A stretch of 64,000 bases of DNA from Candidatus Cloacimonadales bacterium. Its GTDB lineage: Bacteria; Cloacimonadota; Cloacimonadia; Cloacimonadales; JAFGVF01. Below are positions 19,801 to 28,326 of this stretch, one piece after another (the first letter of the stretch is position 1; every line of letters begins with the position of its first letter). Position numbers and translations under genes: made by a program. The stretch spans positions 2,624,001 to 2,688,000 of the forward strand of contig OY762964.1 in assembly GCA_963667035.1 (NCBI GenBank), read 5' to 3'. The notes beneath the pieces are model-generated. The model was not told the origin of the DNA. It did not search any database and was given only the letters and a program-made list of their open reading frames with translations.

Positions 19801-20916
19801 AGCAATAACATCGCTACCAAGATTTGTAGTAAAATTGAATAAACTCTCTGTTCCAATAGAGCTAATCTCATTTTTAGCAACTACTTTCCAATAATATGTT
19901 GTAGCATTAGAAAGTCTACCCGGTATATAAGTTCCACTTGCACCGGCTATTCCATCAGTTATAACTTGAGCAACTGGAGGATTAACTGTATCAAAATATA
20001 AATCATATGTTTCAGTATTTACACCAAAATCCCAAGTTAAAGTTGTTCCAATACTTACATTCATTGCATTATCATCAGGGCTTGGTGATGTTGCTAATCC
20101 GGGTGTTAAATCAATAGTTGTGAAACTATAAACCTGGTTGTTTGTATCTTCACTAACTGAATTCTTAGAAACAACCTTCCAATAATAGGTAGTATTATCT
20201 AACAAATTACTACTAGGTGTATAAGAACCAACTGAAGCTGTACCATCAGTCACAACCTGAACAACAGGTGGATTAACTGTATCAAAATATAAATCATATG
20301 TTTCAGTATTTGCCCCAAAATCCCAAGTTATACTTGTTGTAATTGGTTGATTTATTGAGTCATCTAACGGACTTACATTTGATATTAATTGAGGAGATAA
20401 TGCGTCTATATATATCTCCGGTCCTACGATTTCATCAAGAAGTGTTGGATAACCATAATCATCGATTGCTCTAAATCGAATGTATGCATTGTTTGTTTGT
20501 GCATAGGTTTCAAGATTGTAAGTATGCGACTCATATTCTTCTGCATTTAGTAAGTGATCAATTTCTATCCAAGTCTCTGTACCATCAGTAGAAATCTCAA
20601 TGTATAATTCATTCTGATCTTCAGACCAATCAGCTGCTTTATACCAGAAACTCAATTCATCTGTTTCACTAGCTGTTAAGTCTAATCTAGGGGTTATCAA
20701 AACACCTTCTGAGCCACGATTAGATGTGCCATTGAATCCAGCAGCATGATAACCGGTATAAAAATTAGTGCTTTGTACCCAAGCATGACCTGAAATTATT
20801 GTATTTTCCCAATCTTGTGGAGGGAATCCGTTTTCAAACCCTTCGTTTAATTGCACAGCAAAGATTGAAGTTGCAATCAGAAAAAGAATGGAAACAATTA
20901 ATGTTAATCTTTTCAT
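16825..20916 (-). CDS. Large secreted surface protein, paralog 2 (mosaic of paralog 3-like N-terminus and paralog 1-like body)
   Basis: N-terminal 'LNEGFENGFPPQDW...LITPRLDL..ELSFWYK' (cleaved-adhesin/choice-of-anchor J-like) shared with paralog 3; from 'DVIAIGNGSVV' onward near-identical to paralog 1. Confidence 0.75.
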   Translation of the reverse strand: MKRLTLIVSILFLIATSIFAVQLNEGFENGFPPQDWENTIISGHAWVQSTNFYTGYHAAGFNGTSNRGSEGVLITPRLDLTASETDELSFWYKAADWSEDQNELYIEISTDGTETWIEIDHLLNAEEYESHTYNLETYAQTNNAYIRFRAIDDYGYPTLLDEIVGPEIYIDALSPQLISNVSPLDDSINQPITTSITWDFGANTETYDLYFDTVNPPVVQVVTDGTASVGSYTPSSNLLDNTTYYWKVVSKNSVSEDTNNQVYSFTTIDLTPGLATSPSPDDNAMNVSIGTTLTWDFGVNTETYDLYFDTVNPPVAQVITDGIAGASGTYIPGRLSNATTYYWKVVAKNEISSIGTESLFNFTTNLGSDVIAIGNGSVVDQGLPIEPFYYYSYSQSIYLQSEVNVESRRIEKIWYHYNGSTDLEHSTQWVIYMGHTNLTEFASTSDWIPIDNLTQVASVALDPYPTDDGWIEFNLDSPFSYNNTDNLVIAVEENQTGCESSTDEFFCTTVEESRSIMYRSDSNNPDPTEPPTASYLRTSIPNIRIQFGDVPELPEFSINPDSYDFGMTYINSLSDAHSFTIINNGGADLVINNQVAMETGTYFSINDSNSYPLTLAPTQSASFEVIFQPVSEGIVSDNIVIVDNVTRETHNIPVQGEGFDPIIADFPYTQSFDTAEFPLEWVGNPDSNNNGWQTYQGLSYDYAASSEHTGNSGYMMFLDDSDPNVIPAHLYTPTFNFSSLTNPVLTFYYWIGKNANTTELHIDVVNGETTDESVATFASPEGQSEWMMGFVNLTEYAGQTVSLDFRAMESTSFYGDITIDDIYIFDNTIPPAVTTLVSPADESVDQLSAGTLEWNSVPFADGYYLSFGSDNPPTNILDGVDQDDATTYNYSDLAGGITYYWQVIPYNVNGNATDCPVWSFTTYGSTPEEIVMTAPENLATGISEYTTFQWDADSWATGYYLYVSLDNEDFIQTDVGNYTGVILTSPLDYNTTYYWYVTGYNSNGEGPAPVATYSFTTLANPNFGGDGTLYDGYYFANSTVNGSALGYQPTFEWVDISETGTVISLGDDASAQNVPIGFTFNYFGNDYTELSICSNGTIQFGTVDTNWQNHENLAIPNSSVPNDVIAFASMDSNPEDIPSVLYYGNDAAGNFVYTAMMYNDYGDLNEYIDVQVILYPSGRIKIQYQNYLNPNGDSGVVSIAGDACIGIENADGTIGIQYRNNGVGGPISNDLAIAFATSVEELVEPPTPLDIPANISLSYDGSLMNLTWDAVSGATLYKVYVEETPEFEANELTYLSSWPTNSATMDASLLPGNHYFVKVTATDEAPVRVAAPVFSISQRVNLRNLRWIEYIEPKPELGKKIVK

Positions 20917-21001
20917 TTGTGAATAACTCCATAATTAATAATAATTAAAGAAGTTGAAATAAATAGTTGAACGCTTCTCCGTACTACACCTTTATCTCAT
21001 A

Positions 21002-21201
21002 TCTCCTTGTAACTGCGGTACATCAATAAAGATATACCAATCTTGCAATTTATCTGAAGGTGTCGGTGAATCTTGTGGGTTGTGGATGTGTTTGGATTAT
21101 TTTTCCCCCTGACAACCTAAACAGATCTTATTCAATGGGAAACATAATTTTATAAATTTGTGCATCTCCTACCATGTTAATACACAAAATATATCTCCCA
21201 T
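21002..21201 (-). promoter_or_regulatory. Structured 5' leader, copy 2
   Basis: H1 21135-21201 (loop TAACATGGTAGGAG), H2 21052-21126 (loop CCAAACACATCCACAACCCACAA), H3 21016-21039, then ACAAGGAGA. Confidence 0.6.
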
Positions 21202-21310
21202 ACTAAATAGAGTTTTGATTATCCTATAAAATAATGTCAAGACATTTTTTTCTTTATCTATTATTAAAGCAATATGAATGTGTAATATACTCTTGCAAAT
21301 GAGTATGCAC

Positions 21311-21342
21311 AAAAAAAAGACGACCCCTTGCGAAGCCGTCTT
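21311..21342 (-). terminator. Intrinsic terminator after paralog 3
   Basis: Minus strand AAGACGGCTTC-GCAAG-GGGTCGTCTTTTTTTT; homologous to the terminator at 16773-16803. Confidence 0.85.
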
Positions 21343-21365
21343 AGTTGTAGGTTTATCTTTTTTTC

Positions 21366-24300
21366 TTATTTTTCTTTTTTCAGATTCTCTTCAAGCTTTG
21401 GTTCTTTATATTCCATCCAGCTTAGATTTCTGAGATTTGTTTTTTGACTTAATCTAGAAGAAGGTGCTCCTATGGGAGCAGGAACTTCTTCATCTGTTGC
21501 GGTAACTTTTACGAAATAGTGACTACCAGTAAATAAAGATACATCCATAGATGCAGAATTTGTAGACCATGAACTTAAATAAGTTAACTCATTAGCCTCA
21601 AATTCAGGTGTTTCTTCTGCATACACTTTGTAAAGAGTAGCACCTGATACTGCATCCCATGTTAGGTTCATAACACTACCGTCATAAGAAATAGAAACAT
21701 TTTCCGGAGTTGTTATAAGTCCGGCAGGTTCTGCAAGTCCTTCGAGACTACTAGAATAGGCAATTGCCATATTCTCTAACATCGGTCCACCTTCGCCATT
21801 GTTTCTATATTGTATACCAACTGTTCCATCTGCATTCTCGATACCTATACATGCATCTCCTGGTATTGAAAGACTTCCGGTATCATCGTAAAGATTCACA
21901 TAGTTCCTATATTGAACCTTGATTCTACCGTTAGGGTAAAGAATAACCTGCATATCCATGTATTCATCATAATCATCGTAATCATTCCACATTTCTACAG
22001 TGTAAACAAAATTGCCATTGGCGTCATTCCCATAATAGCAATTTGATGGAATATCAGTTGTATGCATATCCATTGCAGAAATCGCAATTACATCATTTGG
22101 AGTAGATGCATTAGGAATTGTCATATTAGATCCTGTCGAGGTAGCAGGATTAGAGAACATTACATATCCATTTGTTCCAAGGTAAATCTGAGTATAGTCA
22201 TTACCAAAGTAATTGAACGTAAATCCTATATCAACTGTAGCATAACCATCATCAGCACTTGTATATGATGGAGAAGTACCTGTTTCACTTATATCAACCC
22301 AACCAAAAGAAGGTTGATATCCTAATCCATTTCCACCGGCAGTACTATTAGCGAAATAGTAACCACCATACAATACTCCATCACCACCGTAATTTGGATC
22401 TGATTGAGTTGTGAAACTAAATGTGTTAGTCGGAGCAGGGCTTTCACCATTAGGATTATAACCTGTTACATACCAGTAGTAAGTTGTTTCATAATCTAAA
22501 GGAGAAGTCAACGTAACACCGGTAATATCACCAACATCAGTCTGGGTAAAATTCTCGTTATCCAAACTTACATACAGATAATAGCCATCAGCCCAGCTAT
22601 CACTGTTCCACCTAAATGTTGTATATCCATCTACATTGGTTGCTGCATCAGTAGGTGTAGTCATTGTGATTTCTTCCGGAGCATTGCCATAAGTTGTGAA
22701 ACTCCATACCGGGCATTCATTAGTATTACCATTTGCATTATAAGGAACTACTTGCCAATAATATGTAGTACCACCATTTAAGTTAGTAGCATTATAGGTT
22801 AAGTTAATACCATTATCTTGCATATTAAGAATATTAGTAGGTGGATTATCAGTACCTAAATTCAAATAGTAACCGTCTGCAAATGCAACTGTATCCCATT
22901 CAAGTGTTATTTCAAACGGTTGTTCAATAGCTGCATCAGAAGGAGAAACCAGTGTTGATGTTGCTGGAGGATTGGTATTATCAAATACGTGAACATCATC
23001 CAAACAAATATCACTATTGTAATCGGATCCGGTTATTGCTCTAAAACGTACTCTAACCTCATCTCCATAACCGCTTAACAAGAAACTATGCAAGAACCAT
23101 CCTGTGCCTTGATTACCAGAAATAGCAGGAGCTACATCTTCATTCCAAGCAGTTCCATCCCATATATCAAAATGTAACTCACCCATTGTACTACCATACA
23201 TGTTATAATAGAATGAGAATGTAGGATTAGTTAATGATTCAATATTGAAAACAGGTGTAAGTAAATCAAATCTCTCATTTGGATGACTTGTAGCTTCTGT
23301 AAAGATAAACAAGCCATCTCCGGAAGTATGGTCACCAGATGTCGGGCCTGTCGATGAAGAAGGTGTTGAATCACTGATAGTCCAGTCACTATCATCTTCT
23401 GTACCTTGTTCCCATGGAACTGTAAGTTCTCCGCCATTTTCAAAATCTTCGTCATAAGGATATGAAGAAATTACCGGATCAAAACCTTCTCCTTGAACAG
23501 GAATACTGTGCGTTAATCTAGTGATATTATCAACAATCACAATATTATCATTGAAAACTCCTACAGAACTAGGACTAAATGTCACTTCAAATGTTACATT
23601 ATCAGTAGGAGCTATTGTGATAGGGTAACTATTATTATCGGTAACATTGAAGTTTGCTCCGTTTTCCATAGCTATCGGATCATTAATAATTAAATCCGCT
23701 CCACCATTATTAGAAATTGTAAATGTTGGTGCATCGCTAGAAGTGTTAATGTAAGTAATTCCAAAATCATAAGAATCCGGATTTATGAAGAACTCAGGTT
23801 GCTCCGGAAGTTCTCCGAATTTCATTCTAATGTTTGGAATATAATTATATATCCCGGCAGCTACCGGAGGAGCTACAGGATCAGGATTTGTGTTATCATT
23901 CCTATACATTATTGAGCGACTTCCTGTAACTGAAGAACAATAAAACTCATCACTACTTGTTTCATAACCGGATTGATTATCTTCAACTGCAATAACTAAG
24001 TTATCAACATTGTTATAAACAAACGGTGTATCTAATGCAAACTCAATCCAGCCCTCTTCAGTAGGATACGGATCTAAAGTTACAGAAGCAACTTGCAATA
24101 AGTTATCAATTGATATCCAATCAGTATTAGTAGCAAACTCAGTCAAGCTTGTGTGACCCATATAGATTACCCACTCACTGGTGTTGTCAAGATCACTAGA
24201 GCCATTATAATAGTACCAAATCTTTTCTATTCTCTGGTTTGCAAAATCAATTTCACTTTGCAGATAGATACTTTGTGAGTATGAATATCCAAAGAATGGA

Positions 24301-25457
24301 TCAACAGGGAGACCTTTATCAGTGATAGTACCAGTTCCAATGCCAACCATATCAGGACTCAATGCTGTTGTAAAGCTGAATGAATTCTCAGTTGTTCTAA
24401 CAGTATTTGAATTCTTGGAAACAACTTTCCAGTAATATGTAGTATCATAAGCGAGTCTACCCGGATTATAGTTTCCAGTGCCACTACAGATTCCATCTGT
24501 AACAACTTGATTAACCGGAGGATAAACTGTATCATAATATAGATCATATGATTCCGCATTTTCTCCGAAACTCCATGAAATTGAGGTGCCTATGCTTTCA
24601 CTAAGTGCACCATCTTCAGGACTAAGTCCGAATATATCTGCAGGTAACCAATCTTTTGTTGTAAAACTATATACTGGATTAATAGTATCATCTCTAACAG
24701 AATTCTTACAAACAACCTTCCAGTAGTATGTCGTGTCGTCATTTATAATACCACTTGGAGTGTAAGCTCCAATAGAAGCAACACCATCTGTTACAACTTG
24801 AATCAATGGAGGATTCACCGTATCTAAATACAAATCATAAGTTTCTGTGTTTACTCCAAAGTCCCAAGTTATTGTCGGTGTAACGGATTGATTAGCTGAT
24901 TCGTTTTCCGGACTTATGTTTTCAATGTATCCTGGAGCTAATGGATCGATATAGATTTCAGAAGCTACAACATCATCAAGAAGTGTTGGATAACCATAAT
25001 CATCAATTGCTCTAAATCTAATATATGTGGTGTTTGTTTGTGTATAAGTTTCTAGATTGTAAGTGTGTGATTCGAAATCTTCTGCATTTAATAAATGGGC
25101 GATTTCTATCCAATTCTCTGCACCATCAGTGGAAATCTCTACATAAAGTTCATTCTGATCACTGGACCATATTGGCGCTTTATACCAGAAACTCAGTTCA
25201 TCTGCTTCACTTACAGTTAAATCTAATCTCGGTGTTAAAAGGACGCCTTCAGAGCCACGATTAATTGTACCCATGAATTGGGCTGAATAGGAACCGGTAT
25301 TAGCACTAGTTCCTTGAATCCATGCATGACCCGTGACTATATTGTTCTCCCAATCCCGAGGAGGGAAATCGTTTTCGAATCCTTCTGTTAACTGCAAAGC
25401 AAAGATTGAAGTTGCAATAAGAAAAAGAATGAAAACAGTTAATGTTAATCTTTTCAT
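21366..25457 (-). CDS. Large secreted surface protein, paralog 3 (with clear MAM-like domain)
   Basis: Signal peptide, same architecture; WEQGTEDDSDW...TPSSSTGPTSGDHT...FYYNMYGSTMGEL is MAM-like. Confidence 0.75.
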   Translation of the reverse strand: MKRLTLTVFILFLIATSIFALQLTEGFENDFPPRDWENNIVTGHAWIQGTSANTGSYSAQFMGTINRGSEGVLLTPRLDLTVSEADELSFWYKAPIWSSDQNELYVEISTDGAENWIEIAHLLNAEDFESHTYNLETYTQTNTTYIRFRAIDDYGYPTLLDDVVASEIYIDPLAPGYIENISPENESANQSVTPTITWDFGVNTETYDLYLDTVNPPLIQVVTDGVASIGAYTPSGIINDDTTYYWKVVCKNSVRDDTINPVYSFTTKDWLPADIFGLSPEDGALSESIGTSISWSFGENAESYDLYYDTVYPPVNQVVTDGICSGTGNYNPGRLAYDTTYYWKVVSKNSNTVRTTENSFSFTTALSPDMVGIGTGTITDKGLPVDPFFGYSYSQSIYLQSEIDFANQRIEKIWYYYNGSSDLDNTSEWVIYMGHTSLTEFATNTDWISIDNLLQVASVTLDPYPTEEGWIEFALDTPFVYNNVDNLVIAVEDNQSGYETSSDEFYCSSVTGSRSIMYRNDNTNPDPVAPPVAAGIYNYIPNIRMKFGELPEQPEFFINPDSYDFGITYINTSSDAPTFTISNNGGADLIINDPIAMENGANFNVTDNNSYPITIAPTDNVTFEVTFSPSSVGVFNDNIVIVDNITRLTHSIPVQGEGFDPVISSYPYDEDFENGGELTVPWEQGTEDDSDWTISDSTPSSSTGPTSGDHTSGDGLFIFTEATSHPNERFDLLTPVFNIESLTNPTFSFYYNMYGSTMGELHFDIWDGTAWNEDVAPAISGNQGTGWFLHSFLLSGYGDEVRVRFRAITGSDYNSDICLDDVHVFDNTNPPATSTLVSPSDAAIEQPFEITLEWDTVAFADGYYLNLGTDNPPTNILNMQDNGINLTYNATNLNGGTTYYWQVVPYNANGNTNECPVWSFTTYGNAPEEITMTTPTDAATNVDGYTTFRWNSDSWADGYYLYVSLDNENFTQTDVGDITGVTLTSPLDYETTYYWYVTGYNPNGESPAPTNTFSFTTQSDPNYGGDGVLYGGYYFANSTAGGNGLGYQPSFGWVDISETGTSPSYTSADDGYATVDIGFTFNYFGNDYTQIYLGTNGYVMFSNPATSTGSNMTIPNASTPNDVIAISAMDMHTTDIPSNCYYGNDANGNFVYTVEMWNDYDDYDEYMDMQVILYPNGRIKVQYRNYVNLYDDTGSLSIPGDACIGIENADGTVGIQYRNNGEGGPMLENMAIAYSSSLEGLAEPAGLITTPENVSISYDGSVMNLTWDAVSGATLYKVYAEETPEFEANELTYLSSWSTNSASMDVSLFTGSHYFVKVTATDEEVPAPIGAPSSRLSQKTNLRNLSWMEYKEPKLEENLKKEK

Positions 25458-25543
25458 TTGTGAAAAACTCCCTAATAATTAATAATTAAAGAAGTTGAAA
25501 TAAATTGTTGAATAATCTCCGCAACTACACTTTTTATCTCAAA

Positions 25544-25745
25544 TCTCCTCGTAACTACAGCATATCTATTTAGATATACCAATCCTGTACTTTATCTGAA
25601 TGTGTCGGCGAATCTTGTGGGTTGTGGATGTGTTTGGAATTACATTCTCCCGACTACCAAAACAGATCAATATTAATGGGAAAGATTAAATCTAAAATGC
25701 ATTAGCGTATTCCTACCAAGTAAATACACAGAAAACATCTCCCAT
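25544..25745 (-). promoter_or_regulatory. Structured 5' leader, copy 3
   Basis: H1 25676-25745 (loop TACTTGGTAGG), H2 25594-25667 (loop CCAAACACATCCACAACCCACAA), H3 25558-25581, then ACGAGGAGA. Confidence 0.6.
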
Positions 25746-25859
25746 ACCAATCTAAACATTGTCAATCGAGTGTAATAGTGTCAAGGAATTTTTACTTTAT
25801 CTATCATTATAAATAATTGAATGTGTATAATTAGACTCCAAATGGGCATCTAGTTATTG

Positions 25860-25888
25860 AAAAAAGCCGGATTTAAAAGTCCGGCTTT
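25860..25888 (-). terminator. Intrinsic terminator of ECF operon
   Basis: Minus strand AAAGCCGGAC-TTTTAA-ATCCGGCTTTTTT. Confidence 0.8.
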
Positions 25889-25918
25889 GCTTTATATTCT
25901 CAATTCTAAGAGAGAGGG

Positions 25919-26473
25919 TTATTTACATCCGCCCATATTCATTTTATGCATTCTACCGTTAGGGAATGTCTTTATTGTTTCTTTAACTTCATTCTTTTGG
26001 TCGTCTGTTAGCTTATTATAGATGCTTTGAATCATCTTAATTCTGCTTTCATGCATTTTACCTTTTGCATTATTAATCTGCTCTGAAACTTTAAGAGCTT
26101 TGTTGAAGTCTGCATTCTTCATGTAGTTGTGCATATCAATTTCAAGGTTTTCAATTTCAGCTTTCTTGAGATTAGCTTCTTTTCTGTGATTTTCCTTAAT
26201 TAATGTAATGTCATCTTCCTGAGCATCTGTTAAGTCGAGTTTATAGATAGCCATCATCATTCCGTCACCATGCATTCCTTTGCCACAAGCATTGTGCTTC
26301 ATGCCTTGACCTTTCATTCCTTCGTGCCTCATTCCAAAACCTTCACCTCTCATTTCACCTTTACCCATCCTGCAATCGTCGTCTTTCATCATTCCGTTTC
26401 TGTGCAGTCCTTGAGCAAATACCGAGGCAACTAACATTGTTGCTATTGCTAATACTAATACTATCTTTTTCAT
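25919..26473 (-). CDS. Spy/CpxP-family periplasmic protein
   Basis: Signal peptide, Met/Gly/His-rich N-region, two LTxxQ motifs (LDLTDAQ, KLTDDQK). Confidence 0.85.
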   Translation of the reverse strand: MKKIVLVLAIATMLVASVFAQGLHRNGMMKDDDCRMGKGEMRGEGFGMRHEGMKGQGMKHNACGKGMHGDGMMMAIYKLDLTDAQEDDITLIKENHRKEANLKKAEIENLEIDMHNYMKNADFNKALKVSEQINNAKGKMHESRIKMIQSIYNKLTDDQKNEVKETIKTFPNGRMHKMNMGGCK

Positions 26474-26958
26474 TTTTCACTCCTTTCTTTTGGTCTCCTA
26501 TGCGGATACCTTTTATCAATGTGCCCATCAAAGGCATCTCTGTATTTTTTTGTTTCCTCAATTGAGGATGATTTTCTTATTTCTATAAGTTTACTTGAAA
26601 AGCTTTCACTTAAGACCTGTGATCTATCTGACATCATAGTTTTAAGAGAATCCAGTTTTGTATAGGATGGATTATCTTTCATTAACTCTTGAAAGAACTG
26701 TTTCTTCAAACCCTCAATCGTGCAGATATTATCTTTAATCTCTGTACTCATGAGCTTCTTCTTCATTTCATGAGGCAATCTATGTTCCGGTCCTCGAGGT
26801 CCTTTGAAATTTCTTACAGGAGGTCTTTCAAAAGGACGAGGAAAAGGACGTCCATCATACTTGGCAATCTGAATACCTCTAAAGATAAATGATGATATAA
26901 ACGCCAGATTAAATACTAATGATATAATCAAGAGGATATGATACTTTTTACTTATCAT
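26470..26958 (-). CDS. Membrane-anchored periplasmic heavy-metal-sensor/Spy-like protein
   Basis: Start re-assigned to MISKK at 26958 (the longer ORF overlaps the anti-sigma gene); 'LLIISLVFNLAF' anchor typical of this family, then helical region. Confidence 0.6.
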   Translation of the reverse strand: MISKKYHILLIISLVFNLAFISSFIFRGIQIAKYDGRPFPRPFERPPVRNFKGPRGPEHRLPHEMKKKLMSTEIKDNICTIEGLKKQFFQELMKDNPSYTKLDSLKTMMSDRSQVLSESFSSKLIEIRKSSSIEETKKYRDAFDGHIDKRYPHRRPKERSEK

Positions 26959-26959
26959 T

Positions 26960-27361
26960 TTAATCTCCCAGCATTGAACTATACAAGAAAGTATTTTCAA
27001 CCGTATCGAGTGCAGACACATCGGTTGCACCAATTGACGCTGTTGACCAAAAAGCCGTGAAAATACCAAGGTAGAGGGATAGTGCTACTGCAGCTCCATA
27101 AGTTATAAACTTAAGATTAAATCCACGTCTTGTTTTTTCATCCATAGCTCGGGCTTCTGCCATAATCCTGACTGACAAATAATCAGGAGCTTCTACATCC
27201 GGAGTTGATTGCATGATTGAATCCAGTAATTCAGCTTTCTTGACTTCCGCTCGACACAGAGGGCATGCCTGAAGGTGAGTTTCATAACTCAATCTTTCTT
27301 CTCTGTCCATCTCGTTAGCAAGATATCTGTTTACTTTCTTATAGTTGTTTTTGCAATTCAT
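26960..27361 (-). CDS. Zinc-finger (zf-HC2/ZAS) anti-sigma factor
   Basis: MNC...YL.NEM....HLQACPLC (HxxxCxxC) and one TM helix; overlaps ECF sigma stop. Confidence 0.9.
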   Translation of the reverse strand: MNCKNNYKKVNRYLANEMDREERLSYETHLQACPLCRAEVKKAELLDSIMQSTPDVEAPDYLSVRIMAEARAMDEKTRRGFNLKFITYGAAVALSLYLGIFTAFWSTASIGATDVSALDTVENTFLYSSMLGD

Positions 27362-27876
27362 TTTAAAACTCCTTCAATCATATTGACATTGGAAACTTCA
27401 ATTTCCTTCTCAATAATTTTTCTTAACCTCTTTTTTGCTCTTACAAGCTTGGATTCCAAGGCTTTAACAGAGCATCCAAGAGTATCCGCCATCTCTTTAT
27501 AACTGAGCTTTTGGTAATATTGTAATTCAATCAACATTGCCACTTTGGGCGGTAACTTTACTATAGCTTTTTTCACAACATCCATATAGATGTATTCTTC
27601 TTCCGATGGAGCATATATATTATCAATGACAAAATCCGGTGCAGACGTAATTTTCTTCTTTTTGTTCAAATAATTAATCGCTTGATTTCTAGCGGCTCTG
27701 TATAGATATGCAAGTTCTTTCCCATCTTCCACATCATCCATCTTCGCATAGAATTTCAAGAATACACTTTGAGTCAAATCCTCTGCATCTTCTTTTTGTC
27801 TTACAAACTTCAGAAGATAATTAAACAATCTCGTCTGATTATCTCTCACTACTTTTTCGAATAACTCTTTTTTCAT
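27358..27876 (-). CDS. ECF RNA polymerase sigma factor
   Basis: Region 2 DAEDLTQSVF...YLYRAARN; region 4 LSYKEMADTLGCSVKALESKLVRAKKRL. Confidence 0.93.
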   Translation of the reverse strand: MKKELFEKVVRDNQTRLFNYLLKFVRQKEDAEDLTQSVFLKFYAKMDDVEDGKELAYLYRAARNQAINYLNKKKKITSAPDFVIDNIYAPSEEEYIYMDVVKKAIVKLPPKVAMLIELQYYQKLSYKEMADTLGCSVKALESKLVRAKKRLRKIIEKEIEVSNVNMIEGVLK

Positions 27877-27890
27877 ATACGCTCCGTCTA

Positions 27891-27919
27891 TATTGACAGC
27901 TAAAATTAAATTCCCTTCA
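27891..27919 (-). promoter_or_regulatory. Candidate ECF autoregulatory promoter
   Basis: Minus strand TGAAGGG-N15-GTCAATA just upstream of the ECF gene RBS; ECF-like -35/-10 bipartite layout (inference). Confidence 0.35.
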
Positions 27920-27945
27920 TTTTTTATATATTATTCCTCATATTA

Positions 27946-28189
27946 CTATTTACAAAGTAATTGTACCGTCCTTATCATGCAATCCTTTAATCCGGCATCG
28001 AAGAGTAGAGAGCCTTCTTTGTTGTAAATAGTTCTTGCTCGGGAGATAGTTAGGACTCCATCCTCGATCTCTTTAACTACTTTGCGTTTAAATACTTCAC
28101 TATAACATAATGCTGTTTTCTGTTTCATTTTCTATAAACCTTTACTCTCTCTCATTTCTTAATGTGTCTACTTTATTTAGGACGATATA
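27946..28189 (-). pseudogene. IS3-family remnant: left end and truncated OrfA
   Basis: YSEVFKRKVVKEIEDGVLTISRAR resembles IS3 OrfA helix-turn-helix; degenerate terminal sequence TATATCGTCCTAAATAAAGTAGACACA at 28163-28189; no OrfB follows. Confidence 0.65.
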
Positions 28190-28214
28190 TTGGTTCCTTT
28201 TACTCGACCTCTAA

Positions 28215-28326
28215 CCACAGGTTTATCTCGGGTTAGTCTCCCGTTGCCCTCCCGTTGGTCTCCCGTTGCTCGCAACGAGATAGAAACGGGAGAAAAATGA
28301 GACAGAAACTTGTGAAAATTCTCCGG
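28215..28326. repeat. 112-bp dyad array of 11-bp units, copy B (inverted relative to copy A)
   Basis: ccacaggttta tctcgggttag tctcccgttgc cctcccgttgg tctcccgttgc | tc | gcaacgagata gaaacgggaga aaaatgagaca gaaacttgtga aaattctccgg. Confidence 0.85.

Noticed and set aside
12237..20916. Near-identical tracts between paralogs 1 and 2 as a DGR template/variable repeat pair
   Set aside because: Differences are not adenine-restricted, both copies are in intact long ORFs, and no reverse transcriptase is in the window.
21097..21165. 22-codon ORF (MHKFIKLCFPLNKICLGCQGEK) in leader 2 as a leader peptide
   Set aside because: AGGAG abuts the ATG with no spacing and the ORF is not conserved in leaders 1 and 3.
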